Source of the DNA: Ignavibacteriales bacterium
GTDB lineage: Bacteria > Bacteroidota > Ignavibacteria > Ignavibacteriales > DAOSCP01
Direction: 5' to 3'
NCBI GenBank assembly: GCA_035361425.1
Contig: DAOSCP010000002.1
Location: 65,410-129,409 of the forward strand
DNA length: 64,000 bases
A program made the translations under genes and the position numbers. Positions 21,750 through 32,067 of this stretch are shown here, piece after piece (the stretch's first letter is position 1; each line of letters starts with the position of its first letter). The notes under the pieces are model-generated. The model worked only from the letters and a program-made list of their open reading frames with translations. It did not search any database and had not been told where the DNA came from.

Positions 21750-23858
21750 ATGAAAGAATATGAAAAGACTATATTTTCAGATGAAGAAAGAGAACTATTA
21801 AATCGTTTCCTTGCAGTTAGAGCTAATTATTTAAATATGATTGAAAATTCCGAAAAATTAGCTGCAGAAAATAAAGATGAAGAAGCATTTAATTTATTCA
21901 ACACAGGTGAAGGTTTAAAAGTTTATCATGATTATAGAGATAGATTGAAGGATATGTATGATTGGAATGTTAAACTTGCAGAAAAATTAGTAAATGAAAA
22001 CCACGATACTGCTGAAAAAGCAACAACTGAAATGTTAATATTTATAATAGTTGGATTTTTACTCTCAATTATATTAGGTATTGTAATTGCTAATATGATA
22101 AGTAAACCAATAAATAAATTAACTGAAATAGCAGCAAAACTTTCTAAAGGAAATGTTAATGTAAATATTGAAATTGATTCCCATGATGAAGTAGGCCAGC
22201 TTAACCAGGCTTTTGATGTTATGGTTAATAATATTAAAGAGCAGGTTACAGCAGCTGAAAAAATTGCCGAAGGTAATATGAATGTTAAAATTACACCTAA
22301 ATCTGATCAAGATGTATTAAATTATGCATTGCTAAATGTTTATAACAATATCAAAAATCTTATTGAAGAATTAGATGTTTTAGCTGATAGTGCTGTTAAT
22401 GGAAAATTGGATAAAAGAGGAGATGCTAATAAATTTAAAGGAGCATACAAAGAAATAGTTCAAGGAATTAATAATACATTAGACTCCATAATAGGTCCAT
22501 TAAATGTAGCAGCAGAATATGTAGATAGAATAAGTAAAGGGGATATACCACCAAAGATAACCGATCACTACAATGGAGATTTTAATGAAATAAAGAATAA
22601 TTTGAATCAATGTATAGATGCTGTAAATTTGCTAATTTCGGATAGTAAAATGTTGGCAAAAGCAGCAGTTGAAGGAAAATTAGATACAAGAGCAGATGCA
22701 AGTAAACATTTCGGAGATTTTAGAGCTATTGTAGAAGGTGTAAATAATACATTAGACGCCATAATAGGTCCATTAAATGTAGCAGCAGAATATGTAGATA
22801 GAATAAGTAAAGGGGATATACCACCAAAGATAACCGATCACTACAATGGAGATTTTAATGAAATAAAGAATAATTTGAATCAATTAATAGATGCAATGGA
22901 TTATGTAGGCGAAATTGCTGAAGAAATTAGAAAAGGTAACTTAAATATTAAAGTAAATGTAAGATCTAAACATGATAAGTTGTTAATATCAATGAAAAAC
23001 ATGGTTGAAGCACTTTCTGATATAATTGCAAAATTACAACAAGTAGCAATAGATGTTACAGAAGGAAGTAAAGTACTTAATCAAAAAGCCGAAGATATTG
23101 CAAATGGTTCCAATAAACAAGCTGCAGCAGCAGAAGAAGCTTCCGCTTCGGTTGAAGAAATGAGTTCAAATATTAAAAGTAGTGCACATAATGCAGCAGA
23201 AACTGAAAAAATAGCTATTGAAGCTGCTAAAAAAGCCAAAGAAAGTGGTAGTGCTGTTGTAGAAACAGTTCAAGCTATGAAAGATATTGCAAGCAAAATT
23301 TCGATAATAGAAGAAATTGCACGTCAAACCAATCTACTTGCACTTAATGCGGCAATTGAAGCTGCCCGAGCTGGTGAACATGGAAAAGGGTTTGCAGTAG
23401 TTGCAGCAGAAGTTAGAAAATTAGCAGAAAGAAGTCAAGCAGCAGCAGCAGAAATTAATAATCTTTCAAATACAAGTGTTAAAATTGCAGAAAGTGCTGG
23501 TGATATGTTACAAAAATTAGTACCTGAAATTGAACATACTGCACAATTAGTTCAAGAAATAAGTGCTTCAAGTAATGAACAAGCTGTTGGTGCTGAACAA
23601 ATTAATAAAGCAATTCAACAATTGGATCAAGTTATTCAAAAAAATGCAGCTACTTCAGAAGAATTAGCAACAACATCAAGCGAACTTTCACAACAAGCGA
23701 AAATTTTAACTAATAATATTTCTTATTTCAAAATTTCACAAAATTTATTAAATCAAAATAAAAAGAATTTTAATTTAAGCTCGGGTGATAATGTTACATT
23801 AAAAACCAATAATTCGGACGATGACTATTCGGATGATGATTTTGAAAGATTATCTTGA
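21750..23858 (+). CDS. Methyl-accepting chemotaxis protein (remainder: sensor, TM2, HAMP/repeat region, signalling domain)
   Basis: TM2 [23 protein letters not shown] and a HAMP domain ([16 protein letters not shown]...[16 protein letters not shown]). Two copies of [46 protein letters not shown]. Canonical tip: [39 protein letters not shown]. Confidence 0.85.
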   Translation: MKEYEKTIFSDEERELLNRFLAVRANYLNMIENSEKLAAENKDEEAFNLFNTGEGLKVYHDYRDRLKDMYDWNVKLAEKLVNENHDTAEKATTEMLIFIIVGFLLSIILGIVIANMISKPINKLTEIAAKLSKGNVNVNIEIDSHDEVGQLNQAFDVMVNNIKEQVTAAEKIAEGNMNVKITPKSDQDVLNYALLNVYNNIKNLIEELDVLADSAVNGKLDKRGDANKFKGAYKEIVQGINNTLDSIIGPLNVAAEYVDRISKGDIPPKITDHYNGDFNEIKNNLNQCIDAVNLLISDSKMLAKAAVEGKLDTRADASKHFGDFRAIVEGVNNTLDAIIGPLNVAAEYVDRISKGDIPPKITDHYNGDFNEIKNNLNQLIDAMDYVGEIAEEIRKGNLNIKVNVRSKHDKLLISMKNMVEALSDIIAKLQQVAIDVTEGSKVLNQKAEDIANGSNKQAAAAEEASASVEEMSSNIKSSAHNAAETEKIAIEAAKKAKESGSAVVETVQAMKDIASKISIIEEIARQTNLLALNAAIEAARAGEHGKGFAVVAAEVRKLAERSQAAAAEINNLSNTSVKIAESAGDMLQKLVPEIEHTAQLVQEISASSNEQAVGAEQINKAIQQLDQVIQKNAATSEELATTSSELSQQAKILTNNISYFKISQNLLNQNKKNFNLSSGDNVTLKTNNSDDDYSDDDFERLS
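22470..22883 (+). repeat. Intragenic tandem duplication in the MCP gene (period 273 nt / 91 aa) with a near-identical 141-nt core
   Basis: 22470-22610 and 22743-22883 differ at only about one position by eye (tcc vs gcc). The flanking parts of each 91-aa unit ([22 protein letters not shown] vs [22 protein letters not shown]) are clearly more diverged. Confidence 0.85.
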
Positions 23859-23878
23859 TTAAATCAAGCGAGGTTACT

Positions 23879-24391
23879 ATGAGTGTATCAACAATAAATG
23901 AAACAAGGCAATATCTAACATTTGAGTTAGATAAAGAAATTTTTGCAATAGATGTATCACAAGTTAAAGAAGTTCTTGATTTTACTAAAATAACAAAAAT
24001 ACCAAGGACACCCGACTTTATGTTGGGTGTCATAAACCTTCGTGGTAGTGTTGTTCCTGTGATTGATATAAGAAAAAAATTCGGAATGAATATATCTGAA
24101 ATTACAATTAATACTTGTATTATTGTACTTGAGATAGAATATGAAAATGAATTATTAACAATTGGTGCTATTGCAGATTCTGTAAAAGAAGTATTTGAAC
24201 TAGAACCTAAAGATATAGAGCCAGCTCCCAAAATTGGTACTAAGATGAATATAGAATTTATTAAAGGCATGGGTAAAAGAAATGATGATTTTGTTATTAT
24301 TCTTGATATAAATAAAATATTTACACAAAATGAACTAGAATTTATTAATGAAAAAACACAGGAAAATGAAATTATTGAAGAAAATACTTGA
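23879..24391 (+). CDS. cheW: Chemotaxis coupling protein CheW
   Basis: YLTFELDKEIFAIDVSQVKEVL and GVINLRGSVVPVIDIRKKFG. ATG 23879 is preceded by GAGG; the ORF track's start at TTG 23855 is less likely. Confidence 0.9.
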   Translation: MSVSTINETRQYLTFELDKEIFAIDVSQVKEVLDFTKITKIPRTPDFMLGVINLRGSVVPVIDIRKKFGMNISEITINTCIIVLEIEYENELLTIGAIADSVKEVFELEPKDIEPAPKIGTKMNIEFIKGMGKRNDDFVIILDINKIFTQNELEFINEKTQENEIIEENT

Positions 24392-24443
24392 GAAATAAAA
24401 AATAATTCTTAATTTTATATATTCTAATTAAAAATATTTTGTA

Positions 24444-26408
24444 ATGGATGTTAAAATACTAAATATTGAAATTGTAAAAATTATTGCTGATGCAATAAAA
24501 GATTATGTTATAATTTTTGATAAGGATTTGAATATTTTATTCTCTAATAAAATATTCAAAGAAGATTTTTCTTGTAGCTCATTAACAAATGTAAAAGAAA
24601 TTATTAAAAACAATGATTTTATTATAAGAGTTACACATTATATAGAAGATAATGTTAATTATGATTGTTTTACTGCAAAAGTTGATGGTGAAGATCTTTA
24701 TAATCAAATAATTGAATTTAAATTTATAAAATTTGAAGAAAGTTTTGTGTTAATTGGTAATAATAAAACAGCTTTCATAGAATTATTAAACGATTATAAA
24801 AAAGCAAAAGAAAATGAAGAACAAGCAAAAAAAGCACAAATTGAATTTTTAAGTAATCTCAGTCATGAGATAAGAACACCTATGAACGGTGTTATAGGTA
24901 TGGCGGATTTATTATCAGAAACAGATTTAGATGATGAACAATTAGAATATGTAAATTTAATAAAAAAATCTTCAAAAAGTTTGATGATGCTTCTTAATTC
25001 TTTATTTGATGTATCTAAGTATGAAAAAGATGAAATTGAAATACTAAATGAAAGTTTTGAATTTACGGAATTAATAGAAAGTTGTGTAAAATCTGTTACT
25101 AGTTTAGTACAAGCTAAGAATTTAAAATTTAATTATGAAATTGATAAATCAATCCCTGATTATGTTTGTGGAGATTTTAATAAATTAAGACAAGTTCTTT
25201 CTAATATTTTACATAATGCAGTAAAGTTTACTAATCAAGGTAGTATAAATTTTATAGTAAAAAAAGAAGCATCGCGTATTAATATAAGTGGTGAAGAATA
25301 TATTAAACTTTTATTTATTGTTGCAGATACAGGAATAGGTATTAGGGATGATATTAAAGATAAAGTTTATGATAGGTTTTTTCAGGGCGATTTAGTTATG
25401 TTTAAAAATTATAGCGGTATAGGGCTTGGTTTAACAATTGCTAAACAAATAGTCGATTTAATGAATGGAGAGATTTGGTTTGAAAGTACAGTTGGCAAAG
25501 GTACAACATTTTATGTTTCTTTGGAAGTTGAAGCAGTTACTAATAAAACAAAAGCTAATGAATATGATAGAATAGTTTCCAGTATTCACAAATCTTCTCA
25601 AGTTGAGCAATTAGTTGATTTAAATATTTATTCTAATATAGAGGCAAAAACCAGTCAATATCATATTTTAATAGTGGATGATAATAAATTGAACCAACAA
25701 GTTATATCATCAATTTTAGAAAAATATTCATTTACTTATAAAATTGTTAATAATGGCATAGAAGCACTTGAGGAATTAAGAAATAATAAATATGATTTAG
25801 TTTTTCTTGATATAATGATGCCAGTGATGGATGGAGTTGAAACAACAAATATAATAAGAAGTGGGCAATATAGTGAAATAGATCCAAATATTAAAATTAT
25901 AGCCCTAACAGCTTTAACACAAAAAGAGATAGACAAAAGGTTTACTGACCTTAAAATTGATGGGCTATTGACAAAACCTTTTCATAAAAATGATATCTTA
26001 AAAATATTGAAAGATAATTTGAATTTTATTTCGAAAGTTGAGGAAAGTGAAGAAGAATTTTTAAATGAAGAAATTTTTGCTTATAAAGAAGTGCTGGATA
26101 GAATTGGTGATGATACTCAATTATTAAAAACAATTTATAAGACTTTTACACAAGATGTTTTCAAGTATCTTTTTGCTTTAACTGATGCTATTGAACGTAA
26201 TGATTACGATAGTGTTAAATTGCCATTGCATACTATGAAATCTCTGTGTTCTAATATAGGGGCAAATAAGCTAACAAAAATAATTCTTATAATGGAAGCA
26301 CTTTTAGATGATAGGATTTATAATAAATTTAATGAATATCTTGAAGTATTAAAAACAGAAATTAAAGCATTCATTAATTATGCTGAAAATATAATTAATA
26401 ATATATAA
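24444..26408 (+). CDS. Cytoplasmic hybrid sensor histidine kinase (PAS-like N-terminus, HisKA, HATPase, REC, Hpt)
   Basis: H-box [16 protein letters not shown]-box LHNAVKFT, G1 DTGIGI, G2 GIGLGL. REC: [27 protein letters not shown]-terminal Hpt: [14 protein letters not shown] see no TM segment. Confidence 0.9.
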   Translation: MDVKILNIEIVKIIADAIKDYVIIFDKDLNILFSNKIFKEDFSCSSLTNVKEIIKNNDFIIRVTHYIEDNVNYDCFTAKVDGEDLYNQIIEFKFIKFEESFVLIGNNKTAFIELLNDYKKAKENEEQAKKAQIEFLSNLSHEIRTPMNGVIGMADLLSETDLDDEQLEYVNLIKKSSKSLMMLLNSLFDVSKYEKDEIEILNESFEFTELIESCVKSVTSLVQAKNLKFNYEIDKSIPDYVCGDFNKLRQVLSNILHNAVKFTNQGSINFIVKKEASRINISGEEYIKLLFIVADTGIGIRDDIKDKVYDRFFQGDLVMFKNYSGIGLGLTIAKQIVDLMNGEIWFESTVGKGTTFYVSLEVEAVTNKTKANEYDRIVSSIHKSSQVEQLVDLNIYSNIEAKTSQYHILIVDDNKLNQQVISSILEKYSFTYKIVNNGIEALEELRNNKYDLVFLDIMMPVMDGVETTNIIRSGQYSEIDPNIKIIALTALTQKEIDKRFTDLKIDGLLTKPFHKNDILKILKDNLNFISKVEESEEEFLNEEIFAYKEVLDRIGDDTQLLKTIYKTFTQDVFKYLFALTDAIERNDYDSVKLPLHTMKSLCSNIGANKLTKIILIMEALLDDRIYNKFNEYLEVLKTEIKAFINYAENIINNI

Positions 26409-26418
26409 AAGGTGATAT

Positions 26419-26817
26419 ATGCTATTTTTAATAGCCGAAGATGACTTATCATCACGCTTAATTTTACAACAGATGTTATCACCTTATGGTGAATCTCATA
26501 TCGCTGTAAATGGAAAAGAAGCAGTAGAATTATTCAAAAATTCTTTAGAAGGAAATCAACCTTATGATGCCATTTTTCTTGATATAATGATGCCAATAAT
26601 GGATGGGAATAAGGCTCTTAAAGAAATTAGAAGAATTGAAAAAGAAAAGTTTGGAGTTGGTTATAAACAAGTTTATATAATGATGGTAACAGCTTTAAAT
26701 ACACCAAAAGAAGTAATAGAATCGTTTTATGAAGGAGGTTGTTCTTCTTATGTTGTTAAGCCAATTGATAGAAGAAAAATTATAGGAAAATTAAGAGAGG
26801 ATAAGATAGTGAAATAA
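26419..26817 (+). CDS. Single-domain response regulator (REC only)
   Basis: LIAEDD, DAIFLDIMMPIMDG and YVVKPI. AGGTGA RBS upstream. Confidence 0.85.
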   Translation: MLFLIAEDDLSSRLILQQMLSPYGESHIAVNGKEAVELFKNSLEGNQPYDAIFLDIMMPIMDGNKALKEIRRIEKEKFGVGYKQVYIMMVTALNTPKEVIESFYEGGCSSYVVKPIDRRKIIGKLREDKIVK

Positions 26818-26819
26818 TT

Positions 26820-28385
26820 ATGCTTAGAAAAAAAAACTTTGAAATTAAAATCAAAGATATAAAATGGTTTTTACCTACAGTATATCTCCTTTCAACCTTT
26901 ATTTTGTTGATTATATTTGAAAAATCAATTGATAGATTATTCGGTGAATTTTTTAGAGATATTATATCTTTTGTTATATCTGAAAACGAAGAAATATTAG
27001 TTAATAACCTTGCAAACAATGGAGAAATTGTTCCCGCAATTATAGCAATTGCTTTGACTGTTATTGCAATTGTTGTTGAGTTAGTTGCAAATAAATACTC
27101 ACCTAAAATTGTTGACTTGTTTATAGATGATAGGAAAAATAATTTAATAATAGGTTTTTTTGTTATAGCTTCTCTTAATCAACTTTATGTTTCCAATTCA
27201 ATATCCACTATACATAATAATTATTTTAGTATTTTCGTTTCGATTTTGATGGTAATGTTGGCTGTTATTTTAATAATACCTTATTTCGGTTATGTCTTTA
27301 CGTTTTTGCATCCAACTCATTTTATATTATTAATTAAAGAGAGGGCTATAAGATCTTTTAGGGATATTAATAAAACAAATTATATGGAGAAAAAAAATGA
27401 ATTTCATTATTATATAGATTTTTTAGGTGATATTGCTATAAATTCGTCTGAACAGAGTGATAGGTTTACAACCTTAGAGTGTATTAATTCATTAACTGAT
27501 ATATTAATTAATTATCAATCATATAAAAAATTATTACCAAATCATTGGTATTTAATATCACCAATTGAGAAAAACGATCCTGATTTTACTGACTTATCTC
27601 CTTTTGTTATGCAAAACATTGAAAAGAATAAAAATTGGTTAGAACGCAAGGTATTTAAATTATATGAGCTTTTATTCAGTAATACACATACAACACAAAA
27701 AGATATTGCTTCTGGTATATTAAGTAATCTTCAAAAGTTTGCAAAAGTATGTATTGAAAATAAAAATTTAGTTATATTAGATACAATAATGACAATGTTA
27801 AATACACTATTAAGAATTTCGCTTAATGCACATTTCCCAAGATCTGCTTTCAATATACTTGAGCACTATAGAGTTATTGGTGAATATTTAATTGTACATT
27901 ATCCACAAAAAATTGAAGAGCTTGCTAAATACATAAAATACTATGCACAAGAATCTAATAAACTTGGTGTTTATTTTATTATGGAAACAGCTGCCCACGA
28001 TTTATATATGTTGAATAAAGTTGCTTATGAGTATAATATCCCAAATATTAATAAATTACTAGATATTTTCTTATCTCTTGATGAACAAGTTGAAGAAGGT
28101 AGAGAAAAAGAAGAGCAAAGGTTAATTGGTGTTAGAATTGCTCAAACAAAGTTAGCGGCTTTTTATTTATTTAATAATAGGTCTGATTTAGCAGATAGGA
28201 TCTATAAAGATATGAAAACTGAACCTTTATCAAGAATTGAAAAAATTAAATTATTAATTCTTGCTACTACCGATCATGAATATTATGAATTTACTGGCCG
28301 GGGAATTAATTTCTATTTTATTGAAGAAGATTATAAACCCTACTTAATGGAATTCTTTACATGGTTTGAATTTAATTATGATTAA
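26820..28385 (+). CDS. Multi-pass membrane protein, DUF2254-like (tentative)
   Basis: Several N-terminal TM helices. The segment LTVIAIVVELVANKYSPKIVDLFIDD resembles the DUF2254 'S-x-x-x-SPR' region. A large soluble C-terminal part follows. The family assignment is from memory only. Confidence 0.4.
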   Translation: MLRKKNFEIKIKDIKWFLPTVYLLSTFILLIIFEKSIDRLFGEFFRDIISFVISENEEILVNNLANNGEIVPAIIAIALTVIAIVVELVANKYSPKIVDLFIDDRKNNLIIGFFVIASLNQLYVSNSISTIHNNYFSIFVSILMVMLAVILIIPYFGYVFTFLHPTHFILLIKERAIRSFRDINKTNYMEKKNEFHYYIDFLGDIAINSSEQSDRFTTLECINSLTDILINYQSYKKLLPNHWYLISPIEKNDPDFTDLSPFVMQNIEKNKNWLERKVFKLYELLFSNTHTTQKDIASGILSNLQKFAKVCIENKNLVILDTIMTMLNTLLRISLNAHFPRSAFNILEHYRVIGEYLIVHYPQKIEELAKYIKYYAQESNKLGVYFIMETAAHDLYMLNKVAYEYNIPNINKLLDIFLSLDEQVEEGREKEEQRLIGVRIAQTKLAAFYLFNNRSDLADRIYKDMKTEPLSRIEKIKLLILATTDHEYYEFTGRGINFYFIEEDYKPYLMEFFTWFEFNYD

Positions 28386-28396
28386 AAGAGGAACTA

Positions 28397-29380
28397 ATGA
28401 AATTAAATGAACTAAATATTTTGATAAATAATGAGAATAAATTTATAAATGATATTAAATATCAATTAAGTAAAGTTATAGTTGGTCAAGAAGATATAAT
28501 TAATAAAGTTATCATTGCAATTTTATCCAACGGGCATGTTTTATTGGAAGGTGTGCCTGGTTTGGCTAAAACTCTTTTATTAAAATCAATTGCAAATTTG
28601 TTTAATTCTTCTTTCCAAAGAATTCAATTTACACCCGATTTATTGCCAGCAGATCTTACAGGAACAATGATTTATGATCATAATAATGGCAGATTTACTA
28701 CAAAGAAAGGACCAATTTTTGCTAATTTTGTTTTAGCCGATGAAATAAATAGAGCTCCAGCTAAAGTGCAAAGTGCTTTGTTGGAAGCAATGCAAGAAAG
28801 ACAAGTTACAATAGGTGATTTTACATATCAATTGCCAGAACCTTTTTTTGTTATGGCAACTCAAAATCCTATTGAACAGGAGGGCACCTATAAATTACCA
28901 GAAGCTCAACTCGATAGATTTTTATTTTTAATAAAAATTTCTTATCCAACCAAGGAACAAGAAAAAATTATCCTTAAAAATTATAGTTCAAATTTTTCTC
29001 CAATATTTGATATTAAAATTGACTTAAAAAATATAATGTATGCAAAAAAAATTATAAGAGAAATTTATCTTGATCCTAAAATTGAAGATTTTATAGTTGA
29101 TATTGTTGAAGCTACTAGATATCCAGAAAAGTATGATTTAGTAGATCTAAAAAAATATATCGAATATGGAGTTTCTCCAAGAGCGTCTATTAATTTAGCA
29201 TTATCATCTAAAGCTGTAGCATTTATTAATAGTAGGGGATATGTGATACCAGAAGATATTATTTATATTTATAAAGAAATTATGTCACATCGTATTGGGC
29301 TTTCCTACGAAGCTGATCTTGATAATGTTTCTGCTGATGATATTATATCACGAATTTTAAGAAAAGTTTATGTCCCATAA
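28397..29380 (+). CDS. MoxR-family AAA+ ATPase
   Basis: Walker A EGVPGLAKT and Walker B VLADEINRA, then ATQNPIEQEGTYKLPEAQLDRF. Length is 327 aa. Confidence 0.9.
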   Translation: MKLNELNILINNENKFINDIKYQLSKVIVGQEDIINKVIIAILSNGHVLLEGVPGLAKTLLLKSIANLFNSSFQRIQFTPDLLPADLTGTMIYDHNNGRFTTKKGPIFANFVLADEINRAPAKVQSALLEAMQERQVTIGDFTYQLPEPFFVMATQNPIEQEGTYKLPEAQLDRFLFLIKISYPTKEQEKIILKNYSSNFSPIFDIKIDLKNIMYAKKIIREIYLDPKIEDFIVDIVEATRYPEKYDLVDLKKYIEYGVSPRASINLALSSKAVAFINSRGYVIPEDIIYIYKEIMSHRIGLSYEADLDNVSADDIISRILRKVYVP

Positions 29381-30239
29381 TGATACAAAACTTAAGAACC
29401 ATATCAAAAAAATAAAAATTTTTACCAAAAAAAAAATTTCTAGCGATTTAATTGGCGAATTTAAATCTATTTATAAAGGAATTGGGCTTGAGTTTACCGA
29501 AATTAAAGAATATCAATATGGTGACAATATCAAAGATATTGATTGGAATATTACAGCAAGATTTAATAAACCTTATATAAAAAAGTATGTTGAGGATAGA
29601 AATAGAAATATTTATTTTGCTATAGATATCAGTTCTTCTGTAGCACTTAGCAATAAAAATTTTGATAATTTTAATTTAACTTCTGATATTTTATCAATTT
29701 TGTTATATTCAGCCCTTATCAACGGTGATAATGTATCAATGGTATTATTTTCTGATGGAATTAAATCTATCATACAAAATAGACGAGGTATTCAAAATTT
29801 TAATAAGTTATTATCATTTTTCTTAAGCTACCAGAATCAATATTATCAAAAGACTGATTTAGCAAAATCTCTCTTAATGCTTTCTCGAGTTATAAAAAAA
29901 AGATCGATTATCTTTCTTATATCTGATTTTTTAGGCAATGATTATGAAAAACCCCTATTTCTATTAGCAAAAAAGCACGAAGTATATCCAATTGTTGTAT
30001 CAGCGTATAGTAATATTCAAAACAAAATTGGTATTGTTGAATTTACCGATGTGGAAACAAATAAGAATTTTACAATTGATTTATCAAGTATAAACAAAAT
30101 AAATTATAATACATCGTATATATTTGAAAAATTTAATCAGATTTTTAATCAAAAAAAGATTAAACCAATATTTATTAATCAAAATGATAATGTTATTGAA
30201 AGATTTTTAGAATATTTCCGTTCTATTCAAAAAAAATAA
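29370..30239 (+). CDS. DUF58 (vWA-like) protein, MoxR partner
   Basis: EYQYGDNIKDIDWNITAR signature. It overlaps the moxR stop by 11 nt. Confidence 0.8.
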   Translation: MSHNDTKLKNHIKKIKIFTKKKISSDLIGEFKSIYKGIGLEFTEIKEYQYGDNIKDIDWNITARFNKPYIKKYVEDRNRNIYFAIDISSSVALSNKNFDNFNLTSDILSILLYSALINGDNVSMVLFSDGIKSIIQNRRGIQNFNKLLSFFLSYQNQYYQKTDLAKSLLMLSRVIKKRSIIFLISDFLGNDYEKPLFLLAKKHEVYPIVVSAYSNIQNKIGIVEFTDVETNKNFTIDLSSINKINYNTSYIFEKFNQIFNQKKIKPIFINQNDNVIERFLEYFRSIQKK

Positions 30240-30253
30240 TTGTATGTTATCAG

Positions 30254-31084
30254 ATGAAAAATTTATTGATAATAATTATTATCTCTTGTAATTTATTCGC
30301 GCAAACTGAAGTAATTTTGCCTAAAAATGAATATTTAATTGGAGATAAGATTGAGTTTTATATTCAAAGACCGAATATATTATACGATAAAATTGTTATT
30401 GTCTGTGATACGACACTGATAGCTAATGTTAATTATCGTTCTTTAAATGATAAAATTGCAATAAATTTTGGAATTTTTAAACCAGGCAAATATCAATTAA
30501 CTTTTCAAATACAGTATATTTATAATAATAAAATAATTTATTTTAATAATTACAAACTGCCTGAAATAAAAATATTTCCTATAAAAGTTGACACTAATTT
30601 TAATATAAAAGATATTAAAAATCCAGATTTTAATTTTATGGATATAATTATGTTAATTTTTATAACATTAACTATTGTTATTATAATTATACTTTTTATC
30701 AAAATTAAAAATAACAAAAATAAAGCGAAATATAGAAGTTTGAAATCATATTATCACATTGCTGTTGAAGAGATAACTAAGTTACAAAAACAAAAATACA
30801 ATGAAAACAATTATAAAATATATTATCAAAGATTTGTTGATATCATTAGAGAATATATTCAAAATCAATTAGATATCAAAGCTTTAAATATGACATCTTA
30901 TGAAATAATTGATGAAGTAAATCAAAAATTGGGTGATCAAACAATTACTTCATATTTAAATGAGTTTTTTCAATACTCAAATGAAATAAGGTATGGTAAT
31001 CAAATCCCAAATGATGATGTAAAAACAAAATTATTTATTTTGGCAGGCTATATTTTAGATATAATCAATAAAAAACACAAATGA
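30254..31084 (+). CDS. Membrane protein: signal peptide + ~115-aa extracytoplasmic domain + TM + DUF4381-like cytoplasmic tail (tentative)
   Basis: Signal peptide ...CNLFA|QTEV and central TM IIMLIFITLTIVIIIILFI. The tail YYQRFVDIIREYIQNQLDIKALNMTSYEI matches my recollection of DUF4381. It occupies the position DUF4381 has in Bat-type operons. Confidence 0.45.
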   Translation: MKNLLIIIIISCNLFAQTEVILPKNEYLIGDKIEFYIQRPNILYDKIVIVCDTTLIANVNYRSLNDKIAINFGIFKPGKYQLTFQIQYIYNNKIIYFNNYKLPEIKIFPIKVDTNFNIKDIKNPDFNFMDIIMLIFITLTIVIIIILFIKIKNNKNKAKYRSLKSYYHIAVEEITKLQKQKYNENNYKIYYQRFVDIIREYIQNQLDIKALNMTSYEIIDEVNQKLGDQTITSYLNEFFQYSNEIRYGNQIPNDDVKTKLFILAGYILDIINKKHK

Positions 31085-32067
31085 AAGTAGGTTTTTTAAT
31101 TCCAGAGTTTTTATTGTTAGTTCCCGTAATTTTAATATTAGTTTTTATTTTATATAAATTCAAGAAAAAAATAAAAATTTTTGTTCCATCACAAGAATTG
31201 TTTAATGCAGAAAAACAAACTTTTAAGTTAAAAATCCAAAAGCTACCATTAATTTTTGGTATTATAAGTTTTATTTTACTTGTAATTGGATTATCGAGGC
31301 CTTATAAAACAATATCAAAGGATAAAAAAGTTATTGATATATGTGTTGTTCTGGATAATTCATATACAATGATATCTTATCTTGATTATAAACCTAACAG
31401 ACTTGAAGCAACAAAAAATATTATTAAAAATCTAATAAATGAAATCCAGGATGCAAGATTTGGGCTAGTTGTTTTTGGTAGTAATTCGTTTGAATTAGTC
31501 CCAATTACATTCGATAAAAATATTTTGTATTATCAAATAGAAAGATTAGATGAAAATACATTTTATCCACAATTTTATGAAGCTACAGCAATAGGTGATG
31601 GATTACATCAAGCAATTTTATCATTAAGCAAAAATGATGATATTAAAGAGAAAATAATAATTTTAGCAACAGACGGAGATAATAATGCAGGAGAATATGA
31701 CCCTGTTGAAGTATCACAAATAGCCAATAAAAAAGGTATTAGAATTTACACAATTTCTATAGGGAAAAAAGGATTTGTAGAAAATAAAGATCCATTTTCT
31801 AATAGAATTGTTGTTACTTATACTAATGTTGATGAAAACTTATTAAAATTAATTTCTAATAATTCTAAAGGGAAATTTTATAGTGCGGAAAATGAAAATG
31901 AATTAAAGGAAATTTTAAAAGATATATATATGCTTGAAAGATCTAAAGTTAAAGATGTTGATGAAAGTAATATAGAAGAATTAAAAGCGCCTTTTATTTT
32001 TTGTAGTTTTATATTTTTTATAATTTCATTATTAGTTAGGTCTTTATTTATAGTGAAAATTCAATGA
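31081..32067 (+). CDS. vWA-domain membrane protein, BatA-like
   Basis: Two N-terminal TMs, a vWA domain (VVLDNSYTM ... LATDGDNNAG ... IYTISIG) and a C-terminal TM. Its ATGA start overlaps the preceding gene. Confidence 0.8.
   Translation: MKVGFLIPEFLLLVPVILILVFILYKFKKKIKIFVPSQELFNAEKQTFKLKIQKLPLIFGIISFILLVIGLSRPYKTISKDKKVIDICVVLDNSYTMISYLDYKPNRLEATKNIIKNLINEIQDARFGLVVFGSNSFELVPITFDKNILYYQIERLDENTFYPQFYEATAIGDGLHQAILSLSKNDDIKEKIIILATDGDNNAGEYDPVEVSQIANKKGIRIYTISIGKKGFVENKDPFSNRIVVTYTNVDENLLKLISNNSKGKFYSAENENELKEILKDIYMLERSKVKDVDESNIEELKAPFIFCSFIFFIISLLVRSLFIVKIQ

Noticed and set aside
19052-27019. Overlapping ORFs in the che region: 19052-19270(-), 19560-19814(-), 19649-19831(+), 20349-20699(-), 22119-22310(-), 23794-24270(-), 25736-25936(-), 26780-27019(-)
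   Set aside because: Each is embedded in, or antisense to, a gene with unambiguous domain motifs (CheY, CheA, MCP, CheW, HK). None has recognisable motifs of its own.
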